Part shown: piece by piece, positions 37,568-48,469 of the stretch
Position numbering within the stretch: the stretch's first letter is position 1
Layout: each line of letters starts with the position of its first letter
From: Candidatus Latescibacterota bacterium
GTDB taxonomy: Bacteria > Latescibacterota > UBA2968 > UBA8231
Reading direction: 5' to 3'
DNA length: 64,000 nt
Assembly (NCBI GenBank): GCA_965215195.1
Contig: CBDCDC010000001.1
Coordinates: 704,001 to 768,000, forward strand
Notes under the pieces: model-generated
Database searches by the model: none
The model's input: the letters and a program-made list of their open reading frames with translations, nothing else
What the model was told of the DNA's origin: nothing
Made by a program: the position numbers and the translations under genes

Positions 37568-38578
37568 CTATCCCACCAATTCCTCCCCGTAGGCGAATAG
37601 AAGCGGCGTTCCGCCGGTGTGGACGAAGACGATGTTGGCGCTGTCGCGGAAACGCCCTTGGCGCACCTGATCAATTAGGCAGGCCAATCCCTTGCCCGAA
37701 TAGGTGGGATCGACGAAGATGCCCTCGCTTTGGGCGAGGAGGCGGATGCTGTCGAGCGTGGCGCGGTCCAAATGGCCGAAGCCCGGGCCGACGTACTCGT
37801 CGGTCACGACGATGCGTTGCGGGTCGGGCGCGCATTCGAGGCCGAGGTGGGCTGCAGCTTCCACAGCGGCTTGCGCGATGCGCTCAGACACTCCTTCGCG
37901 CTGGCTCAGCTTGCTCTGGGGGGTGCCGAGGAAGCGGGCCGAGCGCCCCAAGAGGGAAAAGCCGGCTACCAGCCCGGCTAAGCTGGTCCCCCCTGACCCG
38001 ACTACCACGTCGTCGGCTTGGACGCCGGCGGCGCACAGTTGGGTTTCGATTTCCAATGCACATTGGATGTAGGCGATGCGCGACAACAGCCCGGACAGGC
38101 CGGTGAAAGGCTTGTATCCTTCTGCTTTGAGTCGCTCAGTTTCCTCGGCTATGGCTGCGCCAATGCGCTCGGGCCGGGCAAAGCGAATGCGCACCCCGCA
38201 TAGCTGGTCTAAAAGGTAGTTGCCTTGGGCCGGCGACTTGCGCCCCATGATGGAATCGTCCTCGCGCAGGACGACGACGCCCTTGAGGCCGAGCTGGGCG
38301 CAGGCCGCGGCGAATTGGCGGCAGTGATTGGACTGGACGACCGCGCTCAGCACGGCCGCATCGCACCCTTGGGCCGTGGCCTCGGCGAGGGTGAATTCGA
38401 GGTAGCGGGACTTGTTGCCGCCAAAGGCGAGGCCGGTCAGATCGTCGCGCTTGATCCATATTTGTGGCCCCCCGAGCGCGGCCGACAGCCGCGGACAGTG
38501 CTGTAAGGGCGTTGGCAAATGCGTCAGGCAATGGCGGGGCAGCGCGTCAATGGCGCGTTGGACTGCTTGGAGGTCCAT
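37568..38578 (-). CDS. D-cysteine desulfhydrase/ACC deaminase family PLP enzyme
   Basis: IKRDDLTGLAFGGNKSR, QSNHCR, DPTYSGK, HTGG; start MDLQ with AAGGA RBS. Confidence 0.9.
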   Translation of the reverse strand: MDLQAVQRAIDALPRHCLTHLPTPLQHCPRLSAALGGPQIWIKRDDLTGLAFGGNKSRYLEFTLAEATAQGCDAAVLSAVVQSNHCRQFAAACAQLGLKGVVVLREDDSIMGRKSPAQGNYLLDQLCGVRIRFARPERIGAAIAEETERLKAEGYKPFTGLSGLLSRIAYIQCALEIETQLCAAGVQADDVVVGSGGTSLAGLVAGFSLLGRSARFLGTPQSKLSQREGVSERIAQAAVEAAAHLGLECAPDPQRIVVTDEYVGPGFGHLDRATLDSIRLLAQSEGIFVDPTYSGKGLACLIDQVRQGRFRDSANIVFVHTGGTPLLFAYGEELVG

Positions 38579-38598
38579 GGTTGTTCCTTGGCTACAGC

Positions 38599-38703
38599 GT
38601 TGCGAGTTGCGAGTTGCGAGTTGCGAGTTGCGAGTTGCGAGTTGCGAGTTGCGAATTACGAGTTGCGAGTTGCGAATTACGAGTTGCGAAGTGCGAGTTG
38701 CGA
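38599..38703. repeat. heptamer tandem repeat (GTTGCGA)x15
   Basis: 12 exact units plus ATTACGA x2 and AGTGCGA x1. Confidence 0.95.
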
Positions 38704-38773
38704 AATGGTTTTCCCGACGTGCGGGACCCAAATAGGCCGTTCTGGATGCCTGCGCAAGCAGGCATGACCCTAA

Positions 38774-38935
38774 GAAGCGGTCTGAAATTCCGGGTCCCGT
38801 GTGTGCAGAAAACAATCTAGGAGCGAGGGCGTCTCGCCCTCGATAACCGCTCCCTCCGAGGGCCCCTTGACCGCTGCTCAACGCGGTCCGCCGAGGGCTT
38901 GTCGCGCCTAAAGGCGCGGTGAAGCAGACCGCTTC
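38774..38935. mobile_element. MITE, family B (IS5-like ends)
   Basis: IR GAAGCGGTCTG / CAGACCGCTTC; TAA duplicated on both sides (CTAAG target). Confidence 0.7.
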
Positions 38936-38995
38936 TAAGACGCGCCTGTCTCAACGCTGCAAAAATAAAAATGGGATAACGCTCTGTGCTTGTCC

Positions 38996-40168
38996 CTATT
39001 TCCACAGATGGCGGTGCGTACCGATCCATTCGAGGTGGGCGCGGCGGATGAGTCCGTAGTTGTAGAAGGCGTACCCATCGACGCCCGCTTGGCCGAGCGC
39101 GGTCAGGTGCGCACCGAGCGCATCGCCATCGGCGAATCCCGTAGGGTTGACGATGGCGCTCAGGCCGGTATCGGCCGGGAATTGGCCGCGCAGAGCGCGG
39201 ACGCTAGCGGCTAGCGCGTCCGGCTCGCCGCCCACGCCGGCGTTGACCATGTACGCGTTGCGGAGGACGCGATCCGAATCAAGCCCGTTGACGGCCCGGT
39301 CGCGGCCTCCGAAGAACGAGGCGCGCGCACCGGCTTGACCTGCAATGGCAACGGTTTCCTCCACCAGCGAAGTCGCCGTTTCGACGCGGGCGTCGAGAAA
39401 GGTCTGCAAGCGGCCGGAAAAGGCGGCGGCGAGGCATTCGGCGCTCGGGGGCTGCATGTCTGCCGGGGCAGGCTCAGAGGCGAGTTCGCGGGCGAGGAAC
39501 TCGGCCACATCGGCGCGAAAGTACTCCCCGTCCAAACCGAGGGCCCCGGCCCGCTGCAAGCAGTGCCGACAGTAGCACAGCCCCATCAACAGCTCGCAAA
39601 AGGGCGTGATTTTTACGCCGACCTTGGGATTGCGGAACCCGTAGCTGAAGTGCAGGTAGCCCAGCGATTCGAGGTGGAACTCGTCCGGCTGGAACTGGGC
39701 GGCTATATCGCGGCAGAGTGCGCGAGCGTAGTCGCGGACTAGGGGGCTGGCCGGGCATAGCTGGGCGAAGTTGCCGTGCCCAAAGGGATCGCGTTTGGCC
39801 GCATCTGGATAGCGCTGGGGCAGGTAGTGGTTGTAGTTGAAGACCAGCCAACTCGTCAGGTCGAGGCCGCGCTTCCTGATTTTATCCGCGATCCGGCGCA
39901 TGTAATCCGGGCCATCAACGACGTTGCTGATCAGGGGTGAGATTGGGCTCTCGTCGTAAAAGGCGGCGGATGGCTCAAAGTAGATCGCGCCTTCTTCTCC
40001 CCAGTAGAGGGGCCGCCGGGGATTGTGCGGCAAAAAATACGTCGATACGTGGTAGCTCTGGGCCAAGCTGACGCTGTTGAGGCCGGCTGTGTGGGCGATG
40101 GTGTCTAGGGCCGAGTCAATGCCCTCGTCCGTCAAGTCCCAAGGGTACGTGTATATGGTCGCTCGCAT
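38996..40168 (-). CDS. hypothetical protein, putative glycoside hydrolase-like TIM barrel
   Basis: YTYPWDL, SYH, LCPASP, HLES, FYNYG. Confidence 0.7.
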   Translation of the reverse strand: MRATIYTYPWDLTDEGIDSALDTIAHTAGLNSVSLAQSYHVSTYFLPHNPRRPLYWGEEGAIYFEPSAAFYDESPISPLISNVVDGPDYMRRIADKIRKRGLDLTSWLVFNYNHYLPQRYPDAAKRDPFGHGNFAQLCPASPLVRDYARALCRDIAAQFQPDEFHLESLGYLHFSYGFRNPKVGVKITPFCELLMGLCYCRHCLQRAGALGLDGEYFRADVAEFLARELASEPAPADMQPPSAECLAAAFSGRLQTFLDARVETATSLVEETVAIAGQAGARASFFGGRDRAVNGLDSDRVLRNAYMVNAGVGGEPDALAASVRALRGQFPADTGLSAIVNPTGFADGDALGAHLTALGQAGVDGYAFYNYGLIRRAHLEWIGTHRHLWK

Positions 40169-41769
40169 CACATTCCCCACACCGCGACCGGTGCGCCGCC
40201 TTCGGTTTCCTCGCGGCGATACACCTTGTCGTCCCACGACTTGCCCTCGGTGCGGTCAAAGAGCACGAGGTGCCCTTCCGCTGCCGCGCAGCAGTCCATG
40301 TAGGCCCGCGTCTGCTCGAGCCCTTCGCGCAGGGTCCGCTCAAAGCCCCGATACAGCACCTTGCACTCGATGACCACCTTCTGCGTCCTGCCGGTATCCC
40401 CGCCCACCGGCCACACCAGCAGCAAATCCGTGCGCTGGCGACCCAAGCCGTACTCGCGCTCGATGCGCCCGCCGCTGTTGACGATGCGCTGCAAAAACGC
40501 CTGTAGCAGCAACTGCGGACCGGCCTCCTTGTACTGGAAGCGCTCCACCCAGTGCTCGGAGTGCTCGCGGAAGAACTCTTGGAACGCGGCCAGCAGCTTG
40601 CCCACCTGTAGGGTGCCGACGGCATCGACGTACCAGGCCGGGTCGTGATGAATCGACATTTGCTGGGTCGTCCAAGTGAGGTCGCGTGGGATCACCTCGC
40701 GGTAGATCGGGTTGGCGATGGCGACGGGGCCGTCCTGTGCCAACAGGCCCAAGTCGCGCACGTATTGCAGGTCATCGGGGGCAAGCGAGCCGGCGTCGGT
40801 GCCGCTCAGCAGCGGTTCGATCACCCTTCGCACCCGTTCCTCTTGGAGCTTGTCGGTGAGTTGATCGAGGTGGGTCTCGCGGCGCAGGATCAACTGCTCG
40901 CGGGCGTCTTGGATGGCGTCGGCAGTCACGGCCCGGCCGCGGTCGCGCCCGGCCTTGTTCTTGAAGCAGGCTTCGTAGGCGAGGGCGTTGACCAGCCATG
41001 GCTGGCCTTGGGTCAGCTCCCATATCGCGGTACGCGCCTCCTCGGCGAAGGCTTGGCCGGTCTCTGCGGTGTGCTGCCCCAGCAGCGATTTGACATCGTC
41101 GAGGGAGAAATCCCCCAAGCGCAGCGACTCGGCGCGGATGTTGAAGGCGCTGCCGCCGGCGATGATGGCGTTTTCGGCCGACGACCGAATGCGGTAATCG
41201 CGCACGTCGCGCACCCCACACAGGATAACGCTCTGGGGGAAGCGGCGCGGGCGGTCTGGGTAGCCGGCGCGCAATTGCCGCAGCACCGCCAGCAGGCTGT
41301 CGCCGATTAGTGCGTCGATCTCGTCGATCATGAGCACTAGTGGCTTGGCGTCCGACTCGGCCCAGCGAGCAAGGGTCTCCCCGAGCGCGTCGTTGGGGCC
41401 AGCGTCGTCGAGGATACCGGGCCAGATGTCAGCGACGAACAAGTCATCGAGCGCGTGGCGCGCCCCGCGAGCCAGCGCACTGAGAATCGCCCGCATGGCC
41501 GCGGCCACATCCTCCCGCGCCGACTGGCCTACCTCGACGTTGACATAGGCGCAACGGAACTCGCCGCTGGCGTTGAGCTCGTCTCTTAGTGCCAACAGAG
41601 CGGAGGTCTTGCCGGTCTGGCGCGGCGCGTGCAGGACGAAGTACTTTTCCTGCCGGATGAGCTGTAGGAGATCGTCGGCGTCGATCCGCGCTAGGGGAGG
41701 GATGTGGTAGTGCATCTCCGTCTTGATGGGACCGGCGGTGTTGAAGAAACGCATGGTTGTTGTCGTCAT
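40168..41769 (-). CDS. AAA ATPase (AAA_35-like) with C-terminal PD-(D/E)xK-like domain
   Basis: FFNTAGP, APRQTGKTS, IDEID, RTDLL...VIECK. Confidence 0.85.
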   Translation of the reverse strand: MTTTTMRFFNTAGPIKTEMHYHIPPLARIDADDLLQLIRQEKYFVLHAPRQTGKTSALLALRDELNASGEFRCAYVNVEVGQSAREDVAAAMRAILSALARGARHALDDLFVADIWPGILDDAGPNDALGETLARWAESDAKPLVLMIDEIDALIGDSLLAVLRQLRAGYPDRPRRFPQSVILCGVRDVRDYRIRSSAENAIIAGGSAFNIRAESLRLGDFSLDDVKSLLGQHTAETGQAFAEEARTAIWELTQGQPWLVNALAYEACFKNKAGRDRGRAVTADAIQDAREQLILRRETHLDQLTDKLQEERVRRVIEPLLSGTDAGSLAPDDLQYVRDLGLLAQDGPVAIANPIYREVIPRDLTWTTQQMSIHHDPAWYVDAVGTLQVGKLLAAFQEFFREHSEHWVERFQYKEAGPQLLLQAFLQRIVNSGGRIEREYGLGRQRTDLLLVWPVGGDTGRTQKVVIECKVLYRGFERTLREGLEQTRAYMDCCAAAEGHLVLFDRTEGKSWDDKVYRREETEGGAPVAVWGM

Positions 41770-42308
41770 TGGTCGCGACTCCTTTTGACTTGGCTATTAA
41801 CTCGTCCACGTCGATCCGCTCGGGTGGCGGCCTTAATATGGCGGCGGCACTGAGCACTCTTGAAGGCGTGGATTTCGTTGCTCTCGTTGACGGTGACAAT
41901 CACGGAGTACGCTTGCCTGATGGCCTCCGGGAGGTGGCGGCCAGCCGCCTCGGACTGAATCGCACGGCCCTTGTCCAGTTCGCCCTCGAGGATCGGCCGC
42001 CATTCTTGGTGCTTGCCGGTATCCGGGTCAACGCTGGCAAAGGAAATTGGCGATATTCTCCTCATATGGTACGGAAAGCGTCTTTGAGACGCCGGGCAAG
42101 CCCATTCGGACTGGCCACTAGGACCGTATTTGCCGCCGGTGATCTCCGCCAGCATGTAGCCGCGGCCGATGCCGTGTAGAAAGCGGAAGGCGTCGCGGAT
42201 GTTGCTCTTACCGCTGGCGTTTGCGCCTACGATTACGGTGAACGGGCCGATGCGGAGCGTTTCGTCGGCGAAATTCTTGAAATTCACGAGGCGAATCGAC
42301 GTAATCAT
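41766..42308 (-). pseudogene. chimeric remnant: AAA_21 N-terminus fused to a copied DUF499 segment
   Basis: NFKNF..GANASGKSN; 41939-42045 identical to 43430-43536. Confidence 0.75.
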
Positions 42309-42382
42309 CGGACTTTCTCCGGTTGACTATTTACTCGATACTCGCCTTCGATAGGCTCTAGTTCACGCTTATCCTCCGTGCG

Positions 42383-42685
42383 TTAGGTCTGCACAGCCTC
42401 GCGGTTCTTGAGTGTTGGTAGGGCTCTAATGCCCTCGCCTATCTTCTCTTCAGCAATCCGCAACTCATAGAGCTTCTGCAAATTCAGCCAGAACTCTGCA
42501 CTGGTATCGAAAAAATGAGCCAACCTCAGGGCCGTATCGCCAGTGATTGCACATCGCCCGTTGAGGATTTCGGTGATTCGGTTGGCGGGCACCTCAATCT
42601 GTCGTGCGAGTGATGCTGCGCTCATGTCGAGTTCTCTCAACTCCTCGGCGAGGTGTTCCCCTGGATGAATTGGGGGTATGGTCAT
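42383..42685 (-). CDS. higA: HigA-family antitoxin
   Basis: IHPGEHL, ITGDTALRL, SAEFWLNLQ. Confidence 0.9.
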   Translation of the reverse strand: MTIPPIHPGEHLAEELRELDMSAASLARQIEVPANRITEILNGRCAITGDTALRLAHFFDTSAEFWLNLQKLYELRIAEEKIGEGIRALPTLKNREAVQT

Positions 42686-42696
42686 AACTGTTCTCC

Positions 42697-42982
42697 TTAG
42701 TGGTAGTCTACGATTTCCACGCTCGTTGGCCCTGAGTGTTCTCGTCGCCACTCGAAGCAGAGCCGCCATTGGTCGTTGATGCGGATGCTGTACTGGCCTT
42801 TTCGATCCCCTTTCAAGGTTTCAAAATGGTTGCCCGGCAATGCAGCCAAGTCCCTGAGTGAAGAGGCCGCCTCCAGTCGGTCAAATCTTCAGCCGTGCGG
42901 CGCGTTCGATGCCAGAGAAGGCCCTGACCCGCTTTCCGGCAGCGAAATTTCTGGTTCGCTTGTCGCGATAGCTAACGATCAT
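42697..42982 (-). pseudogene. higB: HigB/RelE toxin, +1 frameshift
   Basis: MIVSYRDKRT... then, shifted by one base near 42885, DRLEAA..PGNHFETLKGDRKGQYSIRINDQWR..EIVDYH. Confidence 0.88.
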
Positions 42983-43064
42983 TACACCCATCCAAGTTGA
43001 AGCTGCCGCTGTCTCGGCAAGGCACTTACGGGTCGTAGGGTTCACATGTTGCGAGAGCGACTCT

Positions 43065-44798
43065 TTAGCTGTCGCTTGCCAAATTTCCAACGGCCGCCGA
43101 CTGCGACGCAATTCCAGCGATCTCCGTCCAGCCGCCACCTAAATCACAGTAAGGGAGCGGGCCGAGGATGGCGTAGTGGAACTCGCCGTCGTCCGCGATG
43201 TCGCGCGGTCTTTCCGGCAGGTTGTGGACCTTTGCGCCGGCTGCGGACGCGCCCGAGGTGAGCGTCTTCTGTTTCTCGATGGCATGGATGATCTGTGATT
43301 CCACGAGAGTGGGCGGTACGTTGGCTGCTCCGAGCAGCACCATCAGTTCCTGCGTCAATGCCTTGTGCCCGATTGGCTGAGAACTCAAGAATACCGCAAT
43401 GACCGCCTGCTCCATTTCCCGGTGGTGGAGGCCAGCCGCCTCGGACTGAATCGCACGGCCCTTGTCCAGTTCGCCCTCGAGGATCGGCCGCCATTCTTGG
43501 TGCTTGCCGGTATCCGGGTCAACGCTGGCAAAGGAAGCGAGTTCACTTGCGGCTTCGGCTAGGTCACTTTTGCCCGGCTCGCTTAAAAGCACATTTGGCC
43601 CCACTAGCGGGCTCGCGTCCCACTTCTCGGCATCGCGCAGGGCAATGGCAAACGTCCGCAGGATGCCCCGGGTGCGCTGGAAGCCGTCGAGTTGGGTCCA
43701 GCGGGTGTAGAAGATCTCGGTGAGGTCCGGGTGAAAGGGATAGCTGCTCAGATAGCGTTTCTCCGCTTTTCCCCGCTCTTTCCGGGTTTGCTCGTCGAGT
43801 GCGGCGATGCTGCCTACCACCGAAGGGAAAACGCCCGGATCGCCAATCGACTCGGGCTTGAAAAAGCGACGCCGCAGCACCTCGGCCACGTCCTCCTTGC
43901 TCACCGGACTGGCGTCTTCTTCCATCTGGCGGCCAAAAATTTCGGACACGTCTCGCAGCAGTTCATTGCCAAAGGCGTCGTGTTTCCGCGGATCGGAGGC
44001 GAGCAGCGAGGCCACCATGGCGCAACGGTCCACTTTTACCACCGCTTGCGTGAGGTACTGGAAAAAGCTGATCAAGCGTCCGCGCGACTGCGGGGCGGTT
44101 TCGACCTGAGCGCGGATATACATCAATACCTCGTCGAGCAGCACCAGCGTCGAAAGGTCGTCTTGTTGCGGCTTTGACAGCAACTCCACCACGAGCGGTT
44201 CCGCTGGCGGGGTGTCGCGCTCGGCGTCTTTGCCGTCGGCGTGGATGAGCCGGAGGCCGTCCGCCCCGGCCAGTTGAAAGGCGAGAATGCTCCACGGCTG
44301 CTTGAGCATCCGGACGGTCCCAGCGGGACCCGGGGTCTCGACACCCTTCTCTAGGTCGATCTTGTCGAAGCACAGCGCCGCGACCCGGGCCTTGGGTGCC
44401 TTGAAGCCGATGTGCGCCTCGAACTCCCGCACGGCCGGCAGGTCGGGCAGGGCGGCGGGGTCGTGGACTAGGTGCCTGAGCGCGATGAGCGTATGGGTCT
44501 TGCCGCCGCCGTAGTTGACCGCGAGCTTCCGGTACGCCTTGTCGCTTTTGCCAGCTAAGCGCAGGGCCACGTCTTTAACCAGTTCCCGCAGATTGTAGGT
44601 GGGATAGGTGAGCGCGAAGAATTCGGCGGGATGTTCGTACACGGGCCGCTGGCCCTTCTGCATGATCACGTCGTACAAGTCGGCGGCGAACACGGCCAGC
44701 GAGAGCTCGCCGGTCTTCAGATCGTCGCGCAGTTGCACGACTTCGTGCCAAGGTTTATAGGGGAGCTTTCGCGTCATGTCGTCCTCATTTGGGTTCAT
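43065..44798 (-). pseudogene. DUF499-family ATPase, C-terminally truncated
   Basis: FAADL, YGGGKTH, YPFHP, FQRTRGILR; about half the length of the 294..3611 paralogue. Confidence 0.8.
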
Positions 44799-44807
44799 CA
44801 CAGGTAC

Positions 44808-45458
44808 TCAAGTAAGCTCTCGAACCTTCTCACGAAAGTAGCGAAAACTGGGCGATGCGTTACTCTCTACATCCATTTGCGGAGCGATCTTCTCGGACCA
44901 TGCTGATTTTTCCCTGCCGACTGCCTGCCATCCCTTGTTTTTAAGTGCCCTTGAGCCTCCCACGAATACTGCGTCGGCCAGAAGTTCCCACGTTCCGCAA
45001 GTCGAGTCGTTTTCGTAGCGATTCAGTACATCTTCCTTGGCCCTCGGATAAGCTGCCTTGATCGCAGGTATGTCGCCGAGCAGCCAAGCTTCACCTTCTT
45101 CTATGGCTATACAAAACCGGACCTTTGGTTTGGGGTTGCACGCATTCAGGACAGTCGAGAGTTATTGGCGCAATGTTTTCAGACACTTGTCATCGAGGTC
45201 GCAAACCAGAATCACCGCTGCTGAATAGTTGGCGGGGTAGTTGGCAAAGGTTTTTCCATACCCCCTGAGCAACATGGGAAGTCGGTCGAGCAAAAGGCGT
45301 TTGCTAGCATCGATACTACTCGTGAGGTGTTTAGGAATGCGGCCGATTCCTCGGTAGTGAATAACCTTGAATGTATGTTGAGCGCCGGTGATTTTCGGGA
45401 GCAGAATGTCGAGTGCCTTTTTGCCGGACTGGTCTTCGACGAGTACCTCAAAGTGCAT
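44808..45458 (-). pseudogene. DUF4276-family protein with internal nonsense codon
   Basis: MHFEVLVEDQSG..DLDD; TAA at 45162-45164, frame continues with IAIEEGEAWLLGD...NASPSF. Confidence 0.85.
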
Positions 45459-45462
45459 CCAA

Positions 45463-46755
45463 TTACCTCGCGTCGAAATAGTCGCTGTACCAGAGGCCGC
45501 CCAACGGCAACCCCTCCGCAACCATGTTGTTCACGATTGGATCGTCGCTCGCCCGACGGATGGTCGAAAAGCCGTCCGCGCCCTTTTCCAGAATCCAGAC
45601 TTCTTGCGGCTCTAACGAATCGACAAAGTACGGCTGGTGCGTAGTAGTAAAAACCTGCGATCCCTCTCTGCGGCTGGCGTGTTCGCGGAATTCGCTCGCC
45701 AGAGTCTCCAAGAGTTTGTGATACAGGCCGTTTTCCGGTTCTTCGATGCAGAGGAACGCGGGCGGTGTCGGGTCTTCGATCAGCAACAGATAGGCGAATA
45801 CCTTGAGCGTCCCGTCGGACACTTGCTGGGCGTAAAAGGGAGCCTGAAAGCCTTTGTCGTTGAACCGGAGTAGCAACCGGCCGTCACTGGTTCTTTCCGT
45901 GTCGATCTGATCTATGCCCGGAATTTTAGCGGCGATCTTTTTTAGAATAGATCGGAAACGCCGTGGATGTTCGCGCTCCATGAATTGCGCGAAATTGCCG
46001 AGGTTGTCGCCGTGGATATTGAGATGTTGCTGGGGACCGGCCAACGGCAGGCTGCGCGCCGCGTCCGGGGTGAAGTAGCTGAGATACCAGCCCTCGATGA
46101 AGCGGCGAAAAGCGGAGATGCGCGGGTGTTGCTTCAAGGCACCGAGCGTGGCAATGCCGAGCTTGCGCCGGTCTTCCAGTTCAATGATCTCGGCATCTTT
46201 GAACGCTTCCAGTTCTTTCGCTTCTATAATTGAGTTTACTAACGACATAGCAAACTCGGAAAGAGCGAAGCCTTCCGTTGTTATATTGACCTGACTACCC
46301 GTTTGGTTTCCCTTCCATGCCACACCTATGCCTCCACTGATCAAAAGGAACATAAGCGGTTGGTTATCTTCTCTGATTTCCTCCATAATTTCGCGCAACA
46401 CATAGGGACGCCCGAACTCGTCCGCCTCAATGGCGATCTCGTAGATAATGGGCCAGGCGTTTCCATGTTCTCTGTAGTACACATCGAACTCGATGGGGCC
46501 TGTTGCTCCCTGCGTCCGCATTTTCTCGAAGCCGCCGCGCCCCCGTGCGTCGCAGGCCTCCTCAACGCCAGACCTGAGCGCGTCGGCGAGGAAACCGAAC
46601 GCATCGAATAGGGCACTTTTTCCGACGCCATTTTTGCCGATTACCGCGGTCATGGGGGTGAGCGGCTGGTTTTGCTGTTGGTTCCACAGGCGGCCCAGAG
46701 TCACATCCTTGAGCACCTTGAAGTTTCTTACTCTGAAGCCTTCTATCTTGGCCAA
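45463..46755 (-). CDS. AAA_21 ABC-type ATPase
   Basis: GKNGVGKS, SDGTLK, IEEPENGL, TTHQP. Confidence 0.88.
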   Translation of the reverse strand: MAKIEGFRVRNFKVLKDVTLGRLWNQQQNQPLTPMTAVIGKNGVGKSALFDAFGFLADALRSGVEEACDARGRGGFEKMRTQGATGPIEFDVYYREHGNAWPIIYEIAIEADEFGRPYVLREIMEEIREDNQPLMFLLISGGIGVAWKGNQTGSQVNITTEGFALSEFAMSLVNSIIEAKELEAFKDAEIIELEDRRKLGIATLGALKQHPRISAFRRFIEGWYLSYFTPDAARSLPLAGPQQHLNIHGDNLGNFAQFMEREHPRRFRSILKKIAAKIPGIDQIDTERTSDGRLLLRFNDKGFQAPFYAQQVSDGTLKVFAYLLLIEDPTPPAFLCIEEPENGLYHKLLETLASEFREHASRREGSQVFTTTHQPYFVDSLEPQEVWILEKGADGFSTIRRASDDPIVNNMVAEGLPLGGLWYSDYFDAR

Positions 46756-46765
46756 TTTGCAGTCC

Positions 46766-47000
46766 TTATGGGTAGGTGCTAAGAAGCCGTCCTATCACGC
46801 AGAGGCGGACGGAGGAGCCATTATCGATGCTGCATTTCATGGCGATTGCCTCCTTTGAATCGGAGTAACCCATTTGGGTAACTTGGGTTCGTAAATCGCA
46901 ATGATGATAAGCGTTGGTCGAGCTGTCGTGCAAACGGTATGAATGGCTCGCCCGGCCCGAGTAATACCGTATATCAAGCAACATGCTCCCCTTCGATGTT
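46766..47000 (-). pseudogene. remnants of DUF4258 toxin (C-terminal half) and YgiT/MqsA-type antitoxin (first codons)
   Basis: HRRGACCLIYGITRAGRAIHTVC...IIIAIYEP..PKW ending at 46837; AGGAGG + MKCSI at 46840. Confidence 0.65.
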
Positions 47001-47891
47001 GGGCGGCTCAATCTGCGGAACTCCCGCTTCATCAACCTCCAAGAGCTGTCGATGGCGCGGCTCATACTCCTCGTCCGGCTTCAGCGGCTCAAACTCGGCA
47101 TAAGTCGGATAGTACGCAGCCAATTCCTTGCGCGCCTCGGCCAGCACCCACCGGCCCCAAGCGCGCACGTGCCAAGCGAGATCCGCCTCGAGTATGGGAT
47201 CGTCCTGCTGCACGAGATCGAGTTGGATTTCGCCGCCATCGCCGTGGCCGAGCCGCTCCAAGAAGGTCCGCAGGCCGGCCCCCTTAAACCCCTTCGCCTT
47301 CAGGAACGCCTCCATGAATTCGCCGTTCTCCAACGCGAACTCGGGCAGCGGGCGGGTCTGAGCGGCGAGCTTCTGCGGATATTCGAGGGTACACTTGAGG
47401 ATGAACCAAGCCACCGGGTTGATGTCCATGGCGGTCACGTCGCAGCCGAGGCGCATCGCTTCGAGCGGAATGGCCCCGCCGCCGGCAAACGGGTCCAGCA
47501 CTTTGGGCGCACGGCCGCCATACGCCCTGCGGATCTCGTCGCGGAACCATTCGAGAGCCGGGCCGTTCTCGCGGCCCCAATGGAGGATGCCGCCGACCGT
47601 CTCCTCCTTCACCTTCTCGACCGTGCGGCCGTTCACGCGCTTGCGTTCAATCGTCTCGACGACGCGGCCGGCCATGCGCTCTAGGAGCGCCTTCCGCTCT
47701 TTGGGATCACCGGGGTCGGGAAGCAGCGTCGCGATCAGGGCGGCGCGGGATGCCGCGAGAGGTCGCCGCGCCGGCCATATATGCAGCGTCGAAATATGCC
47801 CGTGCCGCACGTTCTTCTCGTGGACGGAGTCGAGGGACGTCTGCTTGAGCGGGAAGGCGACTTCGATGAGGCGTTTGTCGTTTGGGGTCAT
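46974..47891 (-). pseudogene. DUF1156 methyltransferase, N-terminal third only
   Basis: HIWPARRPLAASRA, LDPFAGGGAIPLE; DPPY region absent. Confidence 0.85.
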
Positions 47892-48469
47892 GGTTGCCAG
47901 CCTTGAAACATGGTGCGGAGATCCGCTACAAAGTGCCTGAAAGACTTATCCAATCGTGTGGCGCGGTTGATATTTATCTGCTCTACAATGTCTTCCGCAT
48001 ATTCGATACCGCCAAGTCTAGGTATTGTTCCCGTGGCATAAATGGCCTCAATTAGCCGCTGTTTATAGCGCCCTCGATCGCATTTTTGATCGGGTGCATC
48101 GCAGCCTTTACCGAATACAGCCTTGAAGGCCGCGCCATCGAGCAGCAGCCAACGCTCAATATGTGGATCGGGAATGGCAAGGATCATGGGCGCGGGTTCA
48201 TCTCGGCCGACGATTTCCCGCGTACGCTCGTTCAGTCCTTTGCAATTGGCGTCGGTGGCGACGACGATCAGGGCGGGCCAAGGACTACCCTGCCGCTTCA
48301 GATCGCGCATGTAGAAGTTAAGCTCGGCGGTGACTTTGCCGTGGCCGCCGACTGCGACGCGCCATTTGAGTCGTACCTCGATATCGCACTCTACGGCGAC
48401 CCGCCGTACCAGCGCGCCGATGATTTGCTGATGCGCGTAGTCCTCGACGAAGAGCGCGATCTCACGCAT
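47888..48469 (-). CDS. DUF4276-like (TOPRIM-type) ATPase partner
   Basis: LFVED, ATDANC, HIERWLL. Confidence 0.7.
   Translation of the reverse strand: MREIALFVEDYAHQQIIGALVRRVAVECDIEVRLKWRVAVGGHGKVTAELNFYMRDLKRQGSPWPALIVVATDANCKGLNERTREIVGRDEPAPMILAIPDPHIERWLLLDGAAFKAVFGKGCDAPDQKCDRGRYKQRLIEAIYATGTIPRLGGIEYAEDIVEQININRATRLDKSFRHFVADLRTMFQGWQP

Noticed and set aside
38599-38703. CRISPR array
   Set aside because: Contiguous 7-bp units without spacers; no cas genes in the window
38579-38881. N-terminal extension of the desulfhydrase ORF (RNSQLAT repeats)
   Set aside because: Read-through of the heptamer repeat and MITE; family similarity and RBS begin at 38578
42376-42390. attC site after higA (ACCTAAC on minus strand)
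   Set aside because: No complementary R' box or hairpin downstream
45162-45164. stop-codon recoding in DUF4276
   Set aside because: TAA is used as a normal stop elsewhere; a single GAA>TAA mutation is simpler
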